From Dehalococcoidia bacterium (GTDB taxonomy: Bacteria > Chloroflexota > Dehalococcoidia > Lucifugimonadales > UBA3495): a stretch of 64,000 nucleotides of DNA. The position numbers and the translations under genes are program-made. Under the pieces are notes generated by a model that saw only the letters and a program-made list of their open reading frames with translations, ran no database searches and had not been told where the DNA came from. The stretch lies in NCBI GenBank assembly GCA_045562555.1, contig JBJKVO010000001.1:328148-392147 (forward strand). The letters run 5' to 3'. This document shows, one piece after another, positions 59,514 through 64,000 of the stretch; position 1 is the first letter of the stretch, and each line of letters opens with the position of its first letter.

Positions 59514-60506
59514 TTAATCAATCTCGCCGCAGTTCACGCAACATTGATCTACCCAGTGTCCTGGACTTACTTCGATCATTGCCATTTCAATGTTTCCTTC
59601 CTTGCAATCGTCTGATGGGTTGGGACACCTGTCTCTAAAGACACAACCGGAAGGAGTGTTTGCAAGGTCTGGTGGTTGTCCTTCAATAGTCGGTAGCATG
59701 TCTACGTCATCATCCAAATCCGGGACTGATTTTAGTAAGGCTTTCGTATATGGGTGTTTAGGGTTATCAAATAATTCCACCACGTCTGCTTGTTCTATAA
59801 TGTGTCCTGCGTACATAACAGCAACACGGTCACACATTTTAGCTACGATGCCAAAGTCATGTGTAATGAATATGATTCCTACGCCAGTTTCTTCTTGAAT
59901 GTCTTTTAGTAATTTAAGATACTGTAATTGGATAGTAACATCGAGAGATGTTGTAGGTTCATCTGCGATAAGGATGTCGGGACTCCTGGAAATGCTAATC
60001 GCTCCAACAACTCTTTGTCTCATTCCACCGCTCATTTCGTGTGGGAATGAAGTGACTCTCATTTCTGGAGCAGGTATATTCACACTCGAAAGTAACCCAA
60101 TAGCTCGTTGTAACAATGAGGGTTTATCCTCATCGTATTCTAGCTCTAGGGTTTCGGTAAGCTGTTTCTTTATATTTATCACAGGGTTTAGGGAAGTCAG
60201 GGGGTCTTGCATAACCATGCATATTCCTGTACCTCGGATTGCTCGCATCTCATCGTCACTTTTCTCTACTAAATCTTCTCCGTGATAGAGAATTTTACCT
60301 GACTCGATACGACCTGCAGGTTTTGGAACCATACCTAGAATCGACCATGCAGTCATACTTTTTCCGGATCCTGATTCCCCAACTACACCTAATGTTTCAC
60401 CTTTATGTAGTTCGAAATCAATACCATCTACAGCTTTTACGATACCAGTTTTTGTATGGAAATGGGTTCGTAAATTTTCTACTTTTAATAATATTTCCTC
60501 ACTCAT
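59514..60506 (-). CDS. oppD: Oligo/dipeptide ABC transporter ATP-binding protein (OppD/DppD type) with a Cys-rich tail
   Basis: GESGSGKSM, MSGGMRQRVVGAISI, C-terminal HPYTKALL...CVFRDRCP...C...HWVDQCCVNCGEID. Confidence 0.85.
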   Translation of the reverse strand: MSEEILLKVENLRTHFHTKTGIVKAVDGIDFELHKGETLGVVGESGSGKSMTAWSILGMVPKPAGRIESGKILYHGEDLVEKSDDEMRAIRGTGICMVMQDPLTSLNPVINIKKQLTETLELEYDEDKPSLLQRAIGLLSSVNIPAPEMRVTSFPHEMSGGMRQRVVGAISISRSPDILIADEPTTSLDVTIQLQYLKLLKDIQEETGVGIIFITHDFGIVAKMCDRVAVMYAGHIIEQADVVELFDNPKHPYTKALLKSVPDLDDDVDMLPTIEGQPPDLANTPSGCVFRDRCPNPSDDCKEGNIEMAMIEVSPGHWVDQCCVNCGEID

Positions 60507-60517
60507 ATCATCCTCTC

Positions 60518-61396
60518 CTATCTTGCTCTTCTCAGTCTAGGGTCTAGGTAGTCTCTTAACCAGTCACCAAAAAAGTTAAAGGCCATCACCACTAAAGTAA
60601 TTAAGATACCAGGGAAGAGTGATACCCACCAAGTTGTTAAGAGTTGTTGTCTTCCTTCTGCAACCATGATGCCCCAAGCAGGTTCACCAGGACTCATTCC
60701 TATTCCAAGGAAGCTAAGAGATGCTTCAAGTAAAATGACTTGACCAATCATTAAGCTAATCATAACCATCAAAGTGTTGATTACATTGGGCATTAGATGC
60801 CTCCACATAATCATCACAGGTGATACTCCTAGGATGCCTGCAAGTACCACAAAGTCTCGCTCTCTTACGCTAAGTACTTCCCCTCTAATCATTCTAGCAA
60901 ACCTAGCCCACGTAGTGGCAGTGACTGCAATAATAACTCCGGTGTAACCAGTTCCTACGAATGTAACAATAAGCATTGCTACTAGGATAGAAGGGAATCC
61001 CAATGTTGCGTCAGTTATTCTCATAAGGACAGAATCAACCCATCCTCGAGCATACCCAGCTAGAAGGCCAACCGTTGTTCCAATCAGTAGAGCCACGATT
61101 ATCGATGGGGCTGTAACCAGCAGTACTGATCTGCAGCCATAAACTAACCTGGCGGTCATGTCTTTACCTAAAATATCTGTTCCAAATATATGCGACCAAT
61201 CTGTGAAAGGCGGAATTTGCCTAGCCTTTAGGTCGTTAGTCATAGGGTCTCCCACTAGAAAGTTAGCGAAAAAACCACAAAACAGTAGCACCGTTAAGAT
61301 GGTGAGCGCTATCCAAGGGGGATTATAATCTTTTATCCATTTACGAATAGATTGCCCGCGGGTCAATTGGATTGGTTCAAAATTTAAACTAGTCAT
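60518..61396 (-). CDS. oppC: Oligo/dipeptide ABC transporter permease (OppC/DppC type)
   Basis: BPD_transp_1 permease with six TM segments. Confidence 0.85.
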   Translation of the reverse strand: MTSLNFEPIQLTRGQSIRKWIKDYNPPWIALTILTVLLFCGFFANFLVGDPMTNDLKARQIPPFTDWSHIFGTDILGKDMTARLVYGCRSVLLVTAPSIIVALLIGTTVGLLAGYARGWVDSVLMRITDATLGFPSILVAMLIVTFVGTGYTGVIIAVTATTWARFARMIRGEVLSVRERDFVVLAGILGVSPVMIMWRHLMPNVINTLMVMISLMIGQVILLEASLSFLGIGMSPGEPAWGIMVAEGRQQLLTTWWVSLFPGILITLVVMAFNFFGDWLRDYLDPRLRRAR

Positions 61397-61404
61397 AATT
61401 CCTC

Positions 61405-62370
61405 CTATCTAGTCCTTACTCTAGGATCAACCCACCCATAAGCGATATCAATTATCACTGCGGTTGTGATGTAGAAGAATCCTGATAGTAGAATAGCTGC
61501 TTCTGTCAGTGGGAAGTCTCTTTGCGTTACTCCATCCAAAAGTAAGAGTCCTACTCCTGGCCAAGCAAACACTACTTCTACAACAACAGAACCGTTTAAT
61601 AGCCCAGCAAGAGTAATTCCACCGAATGTAAGTACTGGAATTAAAGCGTTTTTGGCTGCGTGTCTCCAAATCACTATCCTATTGCTAAGACCTTTAACTT
61701 GAGCGAATTTAACGTAGTCACTGTCTAGAATTTCTAACATGGCGGATCTGGCAAGCCTCATTATTGCTGCCGTTACAGATAACGCAAGTACAGTCGAAGG
61801 AAGGGCTAAATGCCATAAAGTTTGTGGGATTTGGTGCCATTCAGGCCACCAGCCTTGAATGTCACCTCGTCCATATGTTGGGAACCATTGTAGTTGGCCT
61901 CCCAAGAATAATATCAACATAATAGCTACCCAAAATTGGGGGGCCGCTAGTCCGAATACGGCGAATCCTTTGCCTAATTTATCAAAAATAGAGTCGCGTT
62001 TTACTGCGGACATGATCCCCAGAGGAATTCCTATCACAATAGAAAGGAAGAAACCGCAGAGAGCCAAATGGACGGTGGCGGGAAGCTTTGTAAGTATAAG
62101 TTCTGAAATTGGTTTTTGGATTACGAAAGATGTTCCGAAATCAAATAGTACTGCAGAGTTAATGTAGTCCCAGTACTGGACGATGAAAGGTCTGTCCAGA
62201 CCCATTTGTTTTTTCTGTGCTTCGTAGATTTTTTGGTCATGGGCTTCAGTCAGTGGCATTAAGTAATCAGCCGGGTCTCCAGTTAAGTGAACGCTCCCGA
62301 AAACTACGAAGCTTAGAGCTATGAGCGTTATGAATCCCTCTCCGAATCTTCTTAAAACATATTGCCACAT
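61405..62370 (-). CDS. oppB: Oligo/dipeptide ABC transporter permease (OppB/DppB type)
   Basis: MWQYVLRRFGEGFITL... typical N-terminus. EAA-like loop YVKFAQVKGL. Confidence 0.85.
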   Translation of the reverse strand: MWQYVLRRFGEGFITLIALSFVVFGSVHLTGDPADYLMPLTEAHDQKIYEAQKKQMGLDRPFIVQYWDYINSAVLFDFGTSFVIQKPISELILTKLPATVHLALCGFFLSIVIGIPLGIMSAVKRDSIFDKLGKGFAVFGLAAPQFWVAIMLILFLGGQLQWFPTYGRGDIQGWWPEWHQIPQTLWHLALPSTVLALSVTAAIMRLARSAMLEILDSDYVKFAQVKGLSNRIVIWRHAAKNALIPVLTFGGITLAGLLNGSVVVEVVFAWPGVGLLLLDGVTQRDFPLTEAAILLSGFFYITTAVIIDIAYGWVDPRVRTR

Positions 62371-62396
62371 AATAACTTACCCCTCTTTTGCATTTG

Positions 62397-62429
62397 ATGA
62401 CCGGAGGGATTTATATTCCCTCCGGTCAT
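62397..62429 (-). other. Perfect 13-bp intercistronic hairpin between the binding-protein gene and oppB
   Basis: ATGACCGGAGGGA-tttatat-TCCCTCCGGTCAT. Confidence 0.65.
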
Positions 62430-62454
62430 TCTTTAAACAACTTAGTTGTTTGGT

Positions 62455-64000
62455 TTACTTCAAGCTGATTGTCCATGGTGCAGTGAAGTAAGGAACCAAT
62501 TTCCATGGTTCGTAGTTAGCAACTCTAGGACCAGCTCCCCATGGAACGTTAGCGTAGAAAGGTCCCCAGTGCATAGATTCATCTCTGATGAATTTATATG
62601 CATCGTTGAATTGTTGCTCTCTAACGGCGCCTTCTGAAACGTGATTCAAAGCTAGTTCTTTGATCTTGTCGCATCGAGCAGCTCCGTCAGCTGTCTCTGG
62701 TTCGTTAACTCTCCAACGAGCGTCGTGGTTACAGTAGTGACCAGTTGTGATGCTGGTACCGTCGTAACGAGCTTCGTTGTCTCTGATGAGCATGTCACCA
62801 GGGAGAGATCGGTTGTTCCATTGCTGTTTAATAGCAGCCTGGTCACCAATTTCGATGTCAACGGTGATTCCTACATTCTTCTTCCAGTCAGCAGCCATTA
62901 ATTCAGCTACTTGTGGTAGGAATGGGAATGAACCTGCTTCCCAGGTCCAAACCTTGAAGCTTAGGGAGTCATCTAATCCAGCAGAGGCCCACAGTTCTGC
63001 AGCTGCCTTATGCTGGGTCATATGGGAATCCGTCTAGGTCTGAGCTGTAACCCAAAGCATTGGATGTAGCCCAACCATGACCTTCGTGGGTAGCGCCTTT
63101 ACCGTACAAAGCTTCTTGGATGGCTACGGGTGTCGGTACCATATTGTAATGCTTGTCTAGCATCTTTCTGGAAGCACCACATGTCTTCTTCCCAGCAGTC
63201 GATGTAGATCATCCAGAGCATGGAGTTCTCTTCTTGCCAGAAGACACCCATGTTCGGATTGACTTGATCTAAGGTTGGGACGATAGTTCATGTTAGCCTC
63301 AATGAGGTCAGCTTCTCCGGATTGAAGAGCTGCTAATCGAGTGGAAGGTTCAAGAATGACTTCCATGTCGATTCCGCCAACGTGAGCGATTCTGTCTTCA
63401 GCGAAGCCATTAGCCTCGGTGAACCAGTAATCATCAGTTCTGGTCGAAAGTCAGTATTTGACACCTAACTCATAGTCGGCGAGTTCGAAAGGACCAGATC
63501 CTACCGGATTCTCTTCGAAGTCTGCGAAGCAGTCCATATTGTTCTCCGCCGCCTTTGGCTGCGTCCCACATAGCCATTCGTGCAAATTTACCGGGTAGCA
63601 ACATACCCTTTTTCGTCTTGGTTGCACTCTGAGAGAAGTTGAACGGGAAGTTCTATAGCAACTCTGTTCTGAGCGTAGGTTATCTGGTTGTCACCAGGTC
63701 CTAGAGTCCAAGGGACTTGGTATATTTGATGTATGCAGTTTCAGTAACGTTCATACATCCAGCTTCTGCCCAAGCAGTAGCCAATTCAGGGTCTCGTTCC
63801 TGCTGTAAGCTCACCATTACGTCGTCTACCGTCTATGGATCGTCGCCGTTATGGAACGTGATTCCTTTACCAGTCTCTTACGTCAATGACCCAGGTTGTG
63901 CCGTCTTCCGACACTTCCCATTTAGCTACCGATGATGCCTGGAACTAGATTACCACCACCCATAGTGGAGAACATGTCATCCATAAATACTCTTAAGTAT
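62455..64000 (-). pseudogene. Family-5 peptide/nickel ABC substrate-binding protein gene (OppA/DppA-like); its 5' kilobase has multiple frameshifts and in-frame stops; extends past the window edge
   Basis: The C-terminal 188 codons (62455-63021) are intact. Upstream, homology continues (NPVGSGPFELADYELGVKY, MEVILEPSTRLAALQSGEADLIE, AIQEALYGKGATHEGHGW) but hops between all three frames and contains TAG and TGA stops. Confidence 0.7.

Overview
Visibly AT-rich, very tightly packed bacterial chromosome segment with about 60 genes, many 4-nt overlaps and several overlapping convergent gene ends. Content is almost entirely housekeeping and metabolic: glnS, gltX and metG; tRNA modification genes (tsaD, tilS, mtaB-like, trmL, rluD); an ilvB-ilvN-ilvC-leuA operon; aroA, tyrA, gmk and lipA; pckA, fumC and greA; a dnaJ(cbpA)-hspR-clpB heat-shock operon; and one tRNA-Asn(GTT). 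Transport and catabolic genes are a glycine-betaine ABC system, an Opp/Dpp-type peptide ABC operon, two tandem GMC oxidoreductases, a luciferase-like monooxygenase and an enolase-superfamily enzyme. T-box leaders, an HspR regulon, E/V/K-rich lipoprotein linkers and LLM/GMC/enolase enzymes suggest a marine monoderm-type lineage such as SAR202-like Chloroflexota, but this is a low-confidence inference only. I saw no transposases, integrases, CRISPR arrays, rRNA or recognisable defence systems. Points worth a second look: (1) a PrxQ/BCP-type peroxiredoxin with one in-frame TGA at the peroxidatic-Cys codon, a candidate selenoprotein; (2) two acetolactate-synthase large-subunit paralogs, each behind its own T-box riboswitch with a different specifier loop; one of them heads an unusual ALS-HTH-monooxygenase operon; (3) a GreA with a ~110-aa N-terminal extension resembling an integrase SAM-like/core-binding domain; (4) a peptide-binding-protein gene at the right edge with about ten frame disruptions confined to its 5' kilobase; (5) two lipoproteins combining a coiled coil, a linker and an HExxH...EG domain.
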